Shown: positions 32,206 to 45,951 of the stretch, piece by piece | How positions within the stretch are numbered: the first letter of the stretch is position 1 | Layout: the number at the start of each line of letters is the position of its first letter | Assembly: GCA_964016885.1 (NCBI GenBank) | Contig: OZ024752.1 | Location: 31,310,001 to 31,374,000 of the forward strand | From: Eledone cirrhosa | Lineage: Eukaryota | Length of the DNA: 64,000 nucleotides | Direction of reading: 5' to 3' | Program-made: the position numbers and the translations under genes | The notes under the pieces: generated by a model | Told to the model about the DNA's origin: nothing | Databases searched by the model: none | What the model saw: only the letters and a program-made list of their open reading frames with translations

Positions 32206-33167
32206 GTGTGTATATATATGTATATATTTGTGTGTGTATATGTATGTATATGTGGATAAACCAAGTTTTTTTCATTCTGAAGATTGAATGAAAAAATTTT
32301 TGCTTTTAAGAAACCACTGGTGAATGGAATAATTGCCTTATGTTGCTTTATTACTTTACTACTATATATACGTATATGTAAGGTTCTTATGTATTATCTA
32401 AGACTAAGTTTTACACATACACACATGTATGTGTCTGTGTATGCATATGTATATGTATGTGTATATATGTATATATATATATATGTATATATATATATGT
32501 GTGTATATGTATGCGTGTGTATGTATATATGTATGCGTGTGTATGTATATATGTATGTGTGTGTGTGTTTGTATTTGGTTGTGCGTGTTTATGATATGTA
32601 CGTATTTGTATGTGTATAATTGTTTAGCTATGTATGTATATGTGTGTGTATGTATACGTATATGTGTGTGTGTGTGTGCGTTTATATTTATGTATATATA
32701 TATATGTATATATATATATGTGTGTGTATATAATTACATATGTGTGTGTATATATTGTATACGTGTGCGTGTTTGTGCATGTATGTGTATGTATGTGGTT
32801 ATGTATTTGTATATGTATATTTATGTGTGAGAGTGTGTGTATGTGTTTACGATTTCGTACGTATGTATACGTGCATTTGTGTGTATTACTTACCACGCGT
32901 GTCTGTCCAGTTAGCAGCCTTATGTAACGGTGTCAAAAATTTTTAATATTTATATTTTTTTTTCTTATATTTATTTGTGTGTGTGAATATGTAGAGGAGT
33001 GCATTTATGTATGTGTATGTATGTACGTATGTATATATGTATGATTGTGTGAATGTATGTATGTATATGTGTGTGTGTATGGCTATGTTTGTGTATGTGT
33101 ATGCTTGTACACACATGTATATATATGTATGTGTATATGTGTATATATATATATATATGTATATATA

Positions 33168-33202
<35 letters not shown>

Positions 33203-33545
33203 ATGTATGAATGTATGTATGTGTATATGTGTGTGTATGTGTATATAAGTGTATGTTTTATATATATGTGTATGTGTATATATTTATATATATATGTATG
33301 TGTGTGTATGTATGCTTTTGTGTTTTTGTGTGTGTGTTTGCATGTGTAGTTTTATTTTATTTTTCCTTTCCTTCTTCCTTCTCCAGCCTCACTTTCATAT
33401 AGATTGCATTTTTGTTTTTTAAAATCCAAATTCAATAAACAGACCAGGATTTTTTCATTCTGAGGATTGAAAGCAAAATCTTTTGCTTTTAAGAAACCAC
33501 TGGTAAATGGAATAATTGCCTTATGTTGTTTATTACATAATAATA
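28720..33545. mobile_element. Hydra-like PLE: inverted 3' arm (28720-30965), 5'-truncated body, and direct 3' arm (31866-33545)
   Basis: 30867-30965 is the reverse complement of the ORF end 31866-31966, and the mirror continues outward. Two HHR copies per arm. A nested fold-back insertion sits at ~29060-29530. Confidence 0.85.
30968..31966 (+). pseudogene. Decayed PLE RT thumb + GIY-YIG endonuclease (Hydra-clade-like), at least two frameshifts
   Basis: Manual translation: NFLDINLDL..YHKPNENLRYIHKESCHPP..RRISTLSS / RKRKIIWFTPPFS..KTNVGRKFLELLDKHFP..KISYSC..GCSCRK / PLQGKC..VVYEA..YVGMT..FKTRFYSH..CSLCTTEK..LNSKTE..CPH. Confidence 0.85.
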
Positions 33546-33799
33546 ATATATATATATATATATTAAAATAACAGATTAAAATTTAAGCAAAGAATCGCTG
33601 CTTTCAGCCTTAACGGGATCTTCTGAAGATCCGCTTAAGGGTGAAAGAAGCGATTCTTAAACTTTAATCTGTTTTTAATCTAATGTTAATAAATAAATAT
33701 TTGCTCTACGGTTCTTATATATTTGATATATATTTATCCTTATCGAGCCCTCTTTGGATTTTAGTCTTCAAATTTATTATTATTACTATATTACTATAT

Positions 33800-33841
<42 letters not shown>

Positions 33842-33989
33842 TCTCACACACAGACGACGGTGGAGAAATAGAGAGAGAGATATCTTTGAATGTAGATAGA
33901 CGCGCGATACGGTTGCACAAATATATAGATAGATAGGTACACGCACTCTAACACACATGGGTGGACAAGTAGAGATATCTCTTTAGTCA

Positions 33990-34270
33990 CACACACCACA
34001 CCACACCACACACCACGCCAAACACACCACACACCACACCACCACACATACCTCACACCACACACACCACACTACACACCACACACACCACACACCACAC
34101 CACACCACCACAAACACCTCACACCACACACCACACTACACACCACACCACCACACACACCACACACCACACCACACACCACACACCACATCACACACCA
34201 CACACCACATCACACACCACACACCACACACCACATCACACACCACACACCAAATCACACACCACCACAC
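33990..34270. repeat. (CACAC)n-type microsatellite
   Basis: Directly visible. Confidence 0.9.
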
Positions 34271-34598
34271 ACGTCTGTAATGAAAATACTAAGCAAGGTG
34301 GATATATATATATTAATAATTGTTTCTACTATTGGCACAAGGCCAGCAATTAACCAGTACATTACTGGTACTTTATTTTATCGACCCCGTAAGGATGAAA
34401 GGCAAAGTTAACCTCGGCGGGATTTGATCTCAGAATGGCAAGGGCCGTAACATATATTAATAATGCCAACACAGAGACATAACACCCACCTACAGACACA
34501 TGCGCACACACATATTTGCCTCACTGTGTTATTCCTTTAACTATATATATTTTAGTGTTATCACTAATATATATATATATATATATATTAGTGAGAAC

Positions 34599-34641
<43 letters not shown>

Positions 34642-34651
34642 AGTGTTATCA

Positions 34652-34711
<60 letters not shown>

Positions 34712-34718
34712 TGAGAAC

Positions 34719-34753
<35 letters not shown>

Positions 34754-34761
34754 TGATAACA

Positions 34762-34810
<49 letters not shown>

Positions 34811-35301
34811 GTTCCCACTAATATATATATATATATTAATATATATATATATATTAGTGGGAACTCTATCTTTTACATTGATATTGTATTATATAATCCT
34901 ATATTATATACGCATGTAGCTGGAAATACTAATGGAAACGGCAGTTGGTCGTGTTTCGTGATTTCTGGAGGCAATTAAATATGAAGGTAATCGATGGAAT
35001 ACCTCATCACCTATTTCATGTACATACACTTATAACAGATTTATTTATTATATCTGTGGATATGAAAGCTAAAGCCTGAGTTGGGTTGTCCCTAATCTCC
35101 TTATAATATATAACCAGCAATTTCTGTCTGTCTGTCCGACAGTGGAAACACGTGCGCGCGTGCGAATGTTTTTTGCGCACGCGTAGAGAGAGAGTGAGAG
35201 TGAAAGAAAGAGACAGACTACAAGAGGGGGATAGGGGGGGAGAGAGAGGGGGAATTGAGGAGTGCTACAGAAACATATATACATTTCTGTGTGTGTGTGT
35301 A

Positions 35302-35332
<31 letters not shown>

Positions 35333-35360
35333 GAAATATATATACATTTCTGTGTGTGTA

Positions 35361-35391
<31 letters not shown>

Positions 35392-35725
35392 GAAATGTAT
35401 ATATATTTCTGTGTGTATATATATATTACACACACAGAAATCTCTATATATATATATACACAGAAATATATATACATCCCTTAGCTACTGTACTGTATCT
35501 GTTGCTATCTCTCTCTCTCTCCAGCTATCCCTCTCTTTTAGTCTGTCTGTTTCTCTCACTCTCACTCTTTCTCTTTGTAACACACTAACATTCCTCCCCT
35601 CTATCGCTGTGACGAATGGGGAGATGGAGGAGGAGGAGGGGGAGGAGGAGGAGAGAGTCACTTCATCACTTCACCTCTGCCTTTCTTTCTCTCCCCTCTC
35701 ACTCCCTCATTACGTACAGACATTA

Positions 35726-35916
35726 GGGCGGTGGATTGGCAGAATCTGTAGAGAGTCGGACACCATGCTTCATAGCATGGAGTTACGTCCCTTTACGGTC
35801 TGAGTTCAAATACCGCCGAGGTTAACTTTGCCTTTCATCCTCACGGGGTCGATAAAATAAAGTACCAGTAATGTACTGGGTAATTGCTGGCCTTGTGCCA
35901 AAAGTAGAAACAATTA
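35726..35916 (+). mobile_element. MetaSINE-like SINE copy
   Basis: Family consensus. Partial minus-strand copies also at ~27376-27466 and ~34316-34451. Confidence 0.85.
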
Positions 35917-36523
35917 TTAGAAACATTGCTTCATTTTTACATATCTAAGCATTAGTAAAATAACTAATAATTTCAAAAGTAATTTTTCAATTCCAATTTT
36001 TATGAACAGCAGAACATTAATAATAATTTTGTTCTAAGAAATATATATACATTTCTGTGTGTGTAATATATATATATATATACACACACAGAAATATATA
36101 TACATTTCTGTGTGTGTAATATATATATATACACACACAGAAATATATATACACAAAAAAATATATATACATTTCTGTGTGTGTAATATATATATATATA
36201 TACACACAGAAATATATATACATTTCTGTGTGTGTAATATATATATATATATATATACACACAGAAATATATATACATTTCTCTGTGTGTAATATATATA
36301 TATATATATACATATATATTTACACACACAGAAATATTACCTTCCCCTTCCTTTCTCCCCTTTGGTACTACCAAGAGAAACACTGTCGCTATAGAAACAT
36401 TACCTTCCCCTCTCCACTGACTTTGGTCACTGAGGCCGAGGGAATCGCTGGTTGCTATAGAGACACCTTGCACAAGCCAGAAGTAACCAGTTCGAGGCGG
36501 TTCTGACTTGACACCATGCCAAG

Positions 36524-37020
36524 TCTACTTATAATATATAATGGGCATTTCTCTGTTTGTTTGTCTGTCTGTCCGTCTACATGCCAAGGAAACAAATAGA
36601 CGCGGTTTCAAATCTCTATGCTTTTCAAATTCATTACATTAATCTTTCGCTTTACGAGTGTTTCGACTTACGAGTGTTTCGACTTACGAGTGTTTCGACT
36701 TACGAGTGTTTCGGCTTATCATTATATATAAACGTTTCTATTTCCATCGTTTTATCGTAAACGTTTATATATTTCCATCGTTATATCATAACGTTTATAT
36801 TTCCGTCACTAATCTCTTTTTCTCCTTTTTCGTTTTAACATATATTTATTTCAAAGATTTCACCGTATAGATAACATACATATTTATACATGCATAAAAG
36901 ACACACCGAGAGACGGTGAACATGTGGTGCCGAAAACATTTCTCATCCAAATCTCAACAATATCAGTATATACACTAGATTTGCTAGCAGAAAACCGCCC
37001 ACCGGATGGATTTCTGCTAG
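36524..37020 (+). mobile_element. Non-autonomous Helitron
   Basis: 5' TCTACTTATAATATATAA followed by (GTYT)n, a 3' hairpin and a CTAG terminus. Internal 17-bp tandem TTACGAGTGTTTCGACT, ~3.7 copies. Confidence 0.65.
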
Positions 37021-37646
37021 TCTATATATATAAAACTGAGGATGTCTGTCGGTGTGTGTGTGTGTGAGTTTGAATCCCTAAAACTCGAGAAGTAACCAAT
37101 CGATATTTTTCAAACTTTACATGTGTATTACTTATGTTTCAGGGAGTGTTATGCACATAAAGAAATTCAACTTTTTGATCCCCTAGGGCCCGCATTAGGT
37201 GAAAAACTGCGTTTTTCCAGCTTTTTATGGTTTTTTTTAGGCGTTACGTCAGACCGATTTCCTTGAAATTGTAACTATGTATTAGTCAGTCTCTTCTTCA
37301 TACCGTAAGCAAAGAAAATCCAACTTTTTTTATGGCCTAGGGCCCGCATTAGGTGAAAAACTCCAGCTTTTTTGAGGCGTTACGTCTAGCCGATTTTCCC
37401 GAAATTTCAAGGCATATTTTGCACATAAAAAAATTCATTTTCTTGATCCCCTAGGGCTCGCATTAGGTGAAAACCTGCATTTTTCTTGGTTCATCGAGGA
37501 AAATCTTAAAGATTATCCAGCCATCAGAGTATTGGGTTTATTTTCTTTACATATTGTCCAGGCATGCAGTTTTTCCACGATTAGGTCTGTTGGCGGTCCG
37601 CGTTCCAAAATACCTTATCCCGTGCATCGCCGGGTACCACTGCTGG
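37021..37646 (+). mobile_element. Non-autonomous Helitron directly abutting the previous one
   Basis: 5' TCTATATATATAAAA, hairpin CCCGTGCATCGCCGGG (37619-37634), CTGG (CTRR) end. Three internal CTAGGGC.CGCATTAGGTGAAAA subrepeats. Confidence 0.7.
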
Positions 37647-38694
37647 GTATGAGATAAATTTGACATTCCTATTAGTGGTTTAACAGTTTAGAATTTAAAC
37701 CGGCCGGATACAGTCGGTTTAAATGCTAAATAGTTAAACCTATTTCTGTTCATAATAATATCAAAATCTTATAGATTCCATAATACATAAGATAATTATG
37801 TGAAAATATAATAATAAATATAGAGTAATGTAATGTTGAGTAGTTCACTGATACAGATACGGTCGCTGAGCCGCTTGCCAGACATAAGTCTCATGATATG
37901 GTTCTGGAATGAAGAGAGCTTCTGAAGTGACCTTGTCGTCCAGGACCATATAACACAACTGGTTGAATTACATCAATTGTCAAGTCAAGAGTACTCAAAC
38001 TATACAGTCATATAAAAAGATCAACTCGTGGTGTGAGTAGGTTATGCCTAGAAGGAAGGTTGGCTGCTAAGAGAAGCAGAGGCCGGCAGCCAAAACGATG
38101 GCTTGATAATGTCCATCTATGAACTGGACTTGATCTTTGCTCTTTAAACTCTGCTGTTGGTGAATGAACTTTGTGGAGAAAAATACCTTGTTTTGATGTG
38201 CAGTCTGCAACTGGCGGACTTTAACGCCAAAATATATAGAGTAATGTAAATAGTAAAAGGTTAAGTTAACACATATTTAAACTTGGGAAGTATAAGTATT
38301 GTCAACACCTGTCCTTTGCTAAAACATAAATTTAATGATAGAGGATTCCTCTGGGAGCTCCCAAAGAATCTTTCCTTTAATCACCTAAACACAGCACATT
38401 TAGAACATTTCTCATTAATCTTTCCCACGAAGTATATTTCAATTCTTTTTTTTCTTTCTAATCTTCAAATGACTCAAGTTTGGAAAGTCTCGGAACAACT
38501 TTCTTTAATTTCTTTCAAGTGGAGCTTGTCAAAAATTATATTTTTCTGTCTCTTTCACGTCTGTGAGGTAAGGCTGTGCATTGGACCTATCCCAGTCTCT
38601 GAACAACGGTGAAAGATACCCAAAATGAGGAACAGATCATCATTATAAGCTGCCATAGAGTTGTAGCTTTTACATCAGAGTATTTCCATGCTGC

Positions 38695-38754
<60 letters not shown>

Positions 38755-39047
38755 GTATGTATGTATGTATGAGTGTGTGTGTATAGTATGTATGTGGGTG
38801 TGTGCATACACTACTTACTTATATATATATATATATATAATCTTATGATTTCTCCCAAATGAAACAGTTCTAGTCCTGTAGAAGCCATTTCTATATTAAA
38901 TATTTATACACTATGTATTGAGTACCTTACTTACTGTGGTCACCCCCGATTGAACCCGGGATAAACATATCTATATATAGTATGTATGTATGCGTCTGTG
39001 CATGCAATACTTGCTTATATATATATATATGTATATATACATACACA

Positions 39048-39260
39048 CAGGGTGACCACAAACACATTCCTTGATTTCAAATATTTATAATAATAAAACT
39101 TAAATAAATATTCTTACAATATTGGTGGCTACAGTTACATAAACTAACAAAGTTTCATGTGGTATTGGTTGATATCATAGTCACTCGATGTGTGCCCCTT
39201 TTTCTTGTTCGGCAAATATTAATGCGATAATCAAGCTTGGGTGATTTTGTGGTCACCCTA
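39048..39260. mobile_element. Tc1/mariner-type MITE
   Basis: TIRs CAGGGTGACCACAAA / TTTGTGGTCACCCT, in a TA/CA-rich context. Confidence 0.65.
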
Positions 39261-39321
39261 TATAAGATTGGAAAATTGCGTTGGCTTTTGTGCCTCTGCC
39301 ATTATATCGATCTAAATTCCC

Positions 39322-39413
<92 letters not shown>

Positions 39414-39418
<5 letters not shown>

Positions 39419-40172
39419 TTAACACAAATCAATATATTTGATAAACACAAATATCCTCATATTTATGTTTGTATTGTAAATGACCAAGTTAGCTAGATAG
39501 AAAAATACTAATAATAATATTACAGTTTGCCTATCATGACTTAAGATAATACATCATAAATCAACAAAAACAAATTGTACTGGCAATGGCCGCAGTGCTT
39601 GGACAAATTTAAATTTCACTGCTCCTTCGTTGAGCTGATTTTAGCCCCATACAAACGGCTGTTATTTCTAGCAGCACGAGTATGAGGCTAGCTAGACACT
39701 GGATATCCGCATGAGGTTACCTCGTGCGCTAAACAGTCTTCCTAAATATTTTGAAGTGGAACATACCAATTTTTATAGTGCTTGCTGAGGAGATCAAAAT
39801 GCGGTATTTTCTTCCACTTTTTCATTATTCGAAACATATTTGGATTTTAAGGTTTAAGCCTGTCTACGGAACAGGTTTGATTTTGAAATTTAAATTTGTC
39901 CAAGCACTACGGCCATTGCCAGTACAATTTGTTTTTGTTGATTTATGATGTATTATCTTAAGTCATGATAGGCAAACTGTAATATTATTATTAGTATTTT
40001 TCTATCTAGCTAACTTGGTCATTTACAATACAAACATAAATATGAGGATATTTGTGTTTATCAAATATATTGATTTGTGTTAACCTATATTACACGGCTC
40101 AGAAATACTCTTTCTTCGAGCTATTTCATTGTAAATATTTGCCTGAGATTTGAACTCATTATTATTGATTTT
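39414..40172. mobile_element. Fold-back pLTR-like element. Arms ~39414-39618 and ~39884-40088, right arm with an ~80-nt tail
   Basis: Near-perfect ~200-bp inverted repeat between (TA)n tracts. It contains an HHR. Confidence 0.75.
39778..39907 (+). ncRNA. Type I hammerhead ribozyme with extended stem III
   Basis: GTGCTTG-CTGAGGA-[irregular stem II]-GAAA-CA...AAGCCTGT/ACAGGTTT...TG-TC-CAAGCAC. Perfect 7-bp stem I, GUC triplet. Confidence 0.7.
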
Positions 40173-40204
40173 TATATATATATATATATGTGTGTGCATG
40201 TATG

Positions 40205-40500
40205 AATGAAATAATTCCGTAGGAAAAGTCCAGGAAAAAAGAGTGTTCTATGTAGGTAACAGAGCTTATTATTATGTAATAAACAACATAAGGCAATTAT
40301 TCCATTTACCAGTGGTTTCTTAAAAGCAAAAGATTTTGCTTTCAATCCTCAGAATGAAAAAATCCTGGTCTGTTTATTGAATTTGGATTCAATAAACAGA
40401 CCAGGATTTTTTCATTCTGAGGATTGAAAGCAAAATCTTTTGCTTTTAAGAAACCACTGGTAAATGGAATAATTGTCTTATGTTGTTTATTACATAATAA
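40205..40500. mobile_element. Minimal fold-back of pLTR family B (two opposed HHRs)
   Basis: Palindrome centred ~40384. The left arm carries the family-B tail. Confidence 0.8.
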
Positions 40501-41128
40501 TATATATATATATATATATATACAATTATGTAATAAACAACGTAATGTAATTATTCCATTACTCAAATGTTCGCGAAGTTAGACGATTCTAACAGAAACT
40601 TCTGATTCCGTTCATCCTTTACCTTTTCTACGGAGATACTTAATGCACGCACGTCTACACACACGTATGCACACAGGTACGTACGTACTTACATACATAC
40701 GTACACACACGCGTATACACACACGTACGTACATACGTACATACATACGTACATATATATGTACGTACATACATATGTACATACATACATATGTACATAC
40801 ATACATATGTACACACATATATATATATATGTGTGTGTGTCTAAAAGGTAAAAGTGGAAAAACACGGGGGTATATTTTAAAATTGTGTGTTACTTTAATC
40901 CGACAGAATGAATATTTCTTTTTTTTATAATTGCTATATTAAATGAATTTTCGATTGGTATATCAGGCAATCTTACCAAATATTAAAAGTTTGTTTTCAT
41001 ATAATATGGACAGTTAGAACATATGTTCAAACTATCTCTCTCTCTCTCTGTGCCCGTGTGTGTGTATGTATGTATGTATGTATGTATGTATGTATGTATG
41101 TATGTATGTATGTATGTATGTATGTATG

Positions 41129-41736
41129 TCAGGTCACCAGTTGGTGCTACTGGTAACATGTATCCCAGTACAACCTGTTCCATGGTCGGGTCGTTGGCGA
41201 CTAAACTGGCAACCCCACCAAGGTTTCTTGGTGAGGAGGGTGACTTTGGACATCCTGCAGGACTAAAAACAAAACCTGTCAAAGGGCAAAAGAGCTCTAA
41301 AGAGTCAATGGCCATCCAAAATCACCGGGAGAGATGACCCCTTAGCCTTCGTCAAGGCAGAATTCTAGAAGAAGGAAAACTTTGATATAACACCTGCAAC
41401 CCTGATGGTATCCAATGATGTTGACTTGTTCTTCTTTTTGGTAAATATCATCTTGGTTAAGAGAGTGGGACTGGCTTTGTGCAGTGCCTTTGCTCACTAT
41501 AAAAGCTTCACGGCACAGGCATTGCTTTATATCTGGAGATCTCTCTGCACTTGTCGTCACATGGAACCATGGGTCCAGCACTATGTGTCAATCATTGTCA
41601 CAAGTGTAGTGTTTGTACCAGAGTTTTCAAGTCGCTGGCTGGACTAAAAAGTCGCACTCGTTCAGCGCATCGGTAGGGGTTCTCCTACATGGATATAAAG
41701 TAGTGGCCGTACTCGAAAACGAGTTGGCAGCCACCA
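41129..41736 (+). mobile_element. Probable non-autonomous retroelement with RTE-like 5' UTR, inserted in (TATG)n
   Basis: ~600-bp GC-richer unit between (TATG)n tracts. AGAAGGAAAACTTTGATATAAC resembles the conserved RTE 5' motif. No intact ORF. Confidence 0.4.
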
Positions 41737-41760
41737 TGTATGTATGTATGTATGTATGTA

Positions 41761-41796
<36 letters not shown>

Positions 41797-42021
41797 ATTG
41801 TATACGTGTGTGTGTGAAAGAAATTTTTGTTAGGAATTCTTTAACGAATTAATAACGTGTAGGAATGATTTCATTTAATATAACTTTTAGAACTTTCATA
41901 TATAACATTGTCAGAGAAGGAAAAGTGTTGGCGGGAGCATTAAAATGTATTTTAATAAGATCCTGTGATTAATTAAGGAAGAGATTACAAGAGGAGAACT
42001 ATCAGCATATCGACGTGAATA

Positions 42022-42024
<3 letters not shown>

Positions 42025-42064
<40 letters not shown>

Positions 42065-42219
42065 CTATATACATTTCTACATATTACTCTCTCCCTCTCT
42101 CTTTGTACGTGTGTCTATCTATCTATCTATCTCTGTATGTGAGTGTGTTTATATATATATATATATGTGTGTGTGTGTATATATATGTGTGTATATATAT
42201 ATGTATGTATGCGTGTGTC

Positions 42220-42256
<37 letters not shown>

Positions 42257-42614
42257 ATATATATGTGTGTGTGTATATATATGTGTGTGTGTATATATAC
42301 TGTATGTGTGTGTGTATATATATGTGTGTGTGTGTGTATATATGTGTGTGTGTGTATATATATGTGTGTATATATATGTGCGTGTGTGCATATGTGTGTG
42401 TATATATATGTGTGTGTGTATATATATGTGTGTATATATATGTGTGTGTGTGTATATATGTGTGTGTGTATATATATGTGTGTATATGTATGTGTGTGTG
42501 TGCATATGTGTGTGTATATATGTGTGTGTGCATATGTGTGTGTATGTGTGTGTATATATATGTGTGTGTGTGTATATATATGTGTGGGTGTGTGTATATA
42601 TGTGTGTGTGTGTG

Positions 42615-42645
<31 letters not shown>

Positions 42646-42797
42646 CTATATATATATATGTATGCGTGTGTCTATATATATATGTATGCGTGTGTCTCTA
42701 TATATATATGTATGCGTGAGCCTATATATATATATATGCGTGTGTCTCTCTCTATATATATATATTTATGCGTGTCTATATATATATGTATGTATGC

Positions 42798-42830
<33 letters not shown>
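42025..42830. repeat. (TA)n/(TG)n compound microsatellite
   Basis: Directly visible. Confidence 0.9.
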
Positions 42831-42935
42831 ACGTATGTTGAAGCTGTTAGGTTTAATTTCGAAATTCATAAATAAATATATATATATGAATTTCGAAATT
42901 AAACCTAAACTCTAAATTCATAAATCGATATATAA

Positions 42936-42999
<64 letters not shown>

Positions 43000-43309
43000 G
43001 GATTTCGAAATTAAACTTACATACGTTTTTAACTATGAAATATAGTTTAATAAATCGGATATACAGGTTCCTGGATGAAAAGAAAATGATTTACAGCGTC
43101 ATTCATAATAGTCATATGGCAGATAACCACACTGCATACAACAGATCTAAGTTCAAGTCCCACGAGTGACGCTCTTCTCCACTTCCGCCCAAAGGTTAAA
43201 ACGCCCAACTTAGACTATATTTCATAGTCAAAAAAGGTTCGTTGATGATACTAACTTTAAGTTAGGTTTAATTTCATTTAATTTCAAAATTCACAACACT
43301 CGCACAATG

Positions 43310-43345
<36 letters not shown>

Positions 43346-43427
43346 AATATAAACAAACATACTTATATATATATATATATAAATATAAAGAAACATACTT
43401 ATATATATATAAATATAAACAAACATA

Positions 43428-43466
<39 letters not shown>

Positions 43467-43505
43467 AAACATACTTATATATATATATATATATAAACAA
43501 ACATA

Positions 43506-43550
<45 letters not shown>

Positions 43551-43578
43551 AAACATACTTATATATATATATAAACAA

Positions 43579-43623
<45 letters not shown>

Positions 43624-43654
43624 TAAACAAACATACTTATATATATAACATCTA

Positions 43655-43818
43655 GCTATCGAAACGGTCGGAGCTCAGCCGTCGGGGTCCTGAATCTTTT
43701 CATATTACCCACTCTACAACCCCAAGTATCGTGTACTCTGGTGGGTTATGGGTTAGTTTTTTTTTTTTTTTTACCACATCCTATCTGATATATTGATATA
43801 TGCACGCGCACGCACACG

Positions 43819-43850
<32 letters not shown>

Positions 43851-43990
43851 GCGAGGGAAAAGTGGTAAGGAACCAGGTGGACCATAACGCACCAAAGTAC
43901 TCAATACTTAGGGTAGTAGAGTGGGAAATAGGAGTAGGTAAGACCCCGACGGCTGAGCTCAAGCCGTTTTGACGGCTAATTCTGTACTCT
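43655..43990. mobile_element. Two short family C pLTR 3' ends (~43655-43755 +, ~43850-43988 -)
   Basis: They match 9471-9610. Both stop inside HHR stem II. Another short copy is at ~19950-20085. Confidence 0.7.
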
Positions 43991-44072
43991 ATATATATAT
44001 ATAATCAAGGTTTAGCAAATAAGAAAAAGTTTTTAAATAAATTTTAAAAAGTTTACTGTACCCGCTGTAAAT

Positions 44073-44158
44073 ACCCTTACCGAACGGTTTCAAGTCTCAA
44101 AATAAATGGATAATCCATGCGGAAAGTCCATTGAAAAGAAAGACTCCCGTCAGAGGGT
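44073..44158 (-). ncRNA. Type I hammerhead-like motif with A9G core variant and long stem II
   Basis: ACCCT-CTGACGG-GAGTCT...AGACTT-GAAA-CCGTTCGG-TA-AGGGT. A truncated direct copy lies at ~44490-44589. Confidence 0.6.
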
Positions 44159-44942
44159 TCTTTTCACTCGGAGAATATAAAATTCCCGAGTTCAAATCAC
44201 GAACTGGCGCTATTCAAAATGTTTCCCGTGATGAGAGTGTATGATAAAGAAGCAATTATGTCTAGTGCGGTGTCGTGTGCAAAGATACAGGGCAGAGGCG
44301 GAAAGGTCAATATACGACCACTACAAATAGCAGCAGTTAAAACGACCAAAATGTTATCTCGACCAGAGGAGATTAATAATAATAAGGTATGTATCCCTAC
44401 ATGCAAAATACATATAGGGACACATGTATTATCCAACCGTATGCCAATGTGGTTCAATGGCAGGTTAATAAATTAACGAGCCAGAACATATATAATCAAG
44501 GTTTAGCAAATAAGAAAAAGTTTTAAAATAAATTTTAAAAGTTTACTGTACCCGCTGTAACTACCCTTACCGAACGGTTTCAAGTCTCATTATTAAACCC
44601 TTCAATATACAAACCTTAATTTAATATTATTCATAACCCCTCCTTTTCTCTTCATCAACTTTTAATTTCAAATTCTTTAAAATTATCTATTATCTTCCAA
44701 CGGCTTTTTAACTTCTCTCTGTGAGACAATATATTTTTCTCAGTTGTAAAGGCTATCTCTCTCTTTCTATCAGCCATCTCTCCTCCTCTTTCATCCTTCC
44801 TTCGTATACTCCTCCCCCACCATTCTCTACTCTCTTCTCCTCCTCTTTCTCACCCTTTCCACCCCCCCCTCACTTTTTCCCAATATCATACATCAATCTT
44901 AAATTATTTTTCATATGTTGATTTAAAACTTCACTATTCACA

Positions 44943-45011
44943 ATTTTATCTGATGAAAACGCAGATATCATCTCATGATGATATTTGTTTTTGAAATGCG
45001 CATAATAAAAT
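44943..45011 (+). ncRNA. Type I hammerhead ribozyme
   Basis: ATTTTAT-CTGATGA-AAACGCAGATATCATC TCAT GATGATATTTGTTTTT-GAAA-TGCGCA-TA-ATAAAAT. Perfect 7-bp stem I, long stem II, palindromic ATGCGCAT stem III. Confidence 0.88.
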
Positions 45012-45263
45012 ACTTGGAACTCTTTTAACCATCTTTTGATCTTATATTATATATATATATATATATAACTATATTAAACAAATGGAAACTATATTTATAA
45101 AACCATATTTATTTCGTTATATATATTTTTCTGGGATATCATATTAAAAATATGGTATGCCTTCCTCAGACAAAATACAATACATAAGCTGTTTTATAAA
45201 TAATTTTGACATACCTTATAATAATGCAACTTCCATTTAAAAAGTTTGATCTGGAGCCATTTT

Positions 45264-45340
<77 letters not shown>

Positions 45341-45496
45341 TCGACCTGATGTTCTGGTAGTATTATATGGTGTCACATTTTAACTTTTTGTGTTTACTCT
45401 GGATGAAAATGCATTACACCATCGTGTGCTTTGTGACTGCCTCAAACAATTCGATTGGTATTTGCTATATTGCGGCTACAACCTCGATGTTTATCC

Positions 45497-45545
<49 letters not shown>

Positions 45546-45951
45546 CTTATTTTTCAGTGACTTCTCAATCAGGTGAAAAAGGACACTCTTCGACAAACCT
45601 ACATTTGGCGCAAAATCAATTTTTAACATTCACGTGACCTCTACCGACCAATCAAAATTGTTTTGACCACAAGAATTTTGGCAACACGAATTGGCGCGAA
45701 ACTTATTTTAATACCTCTGGAGCCACTTTTTTCACATAAAACAGGTAGAATTTCCAAAACTAATCAGATTAGAGCAAACATCACGGGCGCTCTATCTCAA
45801 AATTATTTTTGAAAAGCATTAGAAATGCGCAACCGGTAAACACTTTAAACTAAAACTGAATACTAACCAATACTTATTACTAATTTTTACTTATTCCTAA
45901 TTAAACTATTTTTCACTGAGAACAATTTGTCAGCATTTTCTTTTCCTTTTA

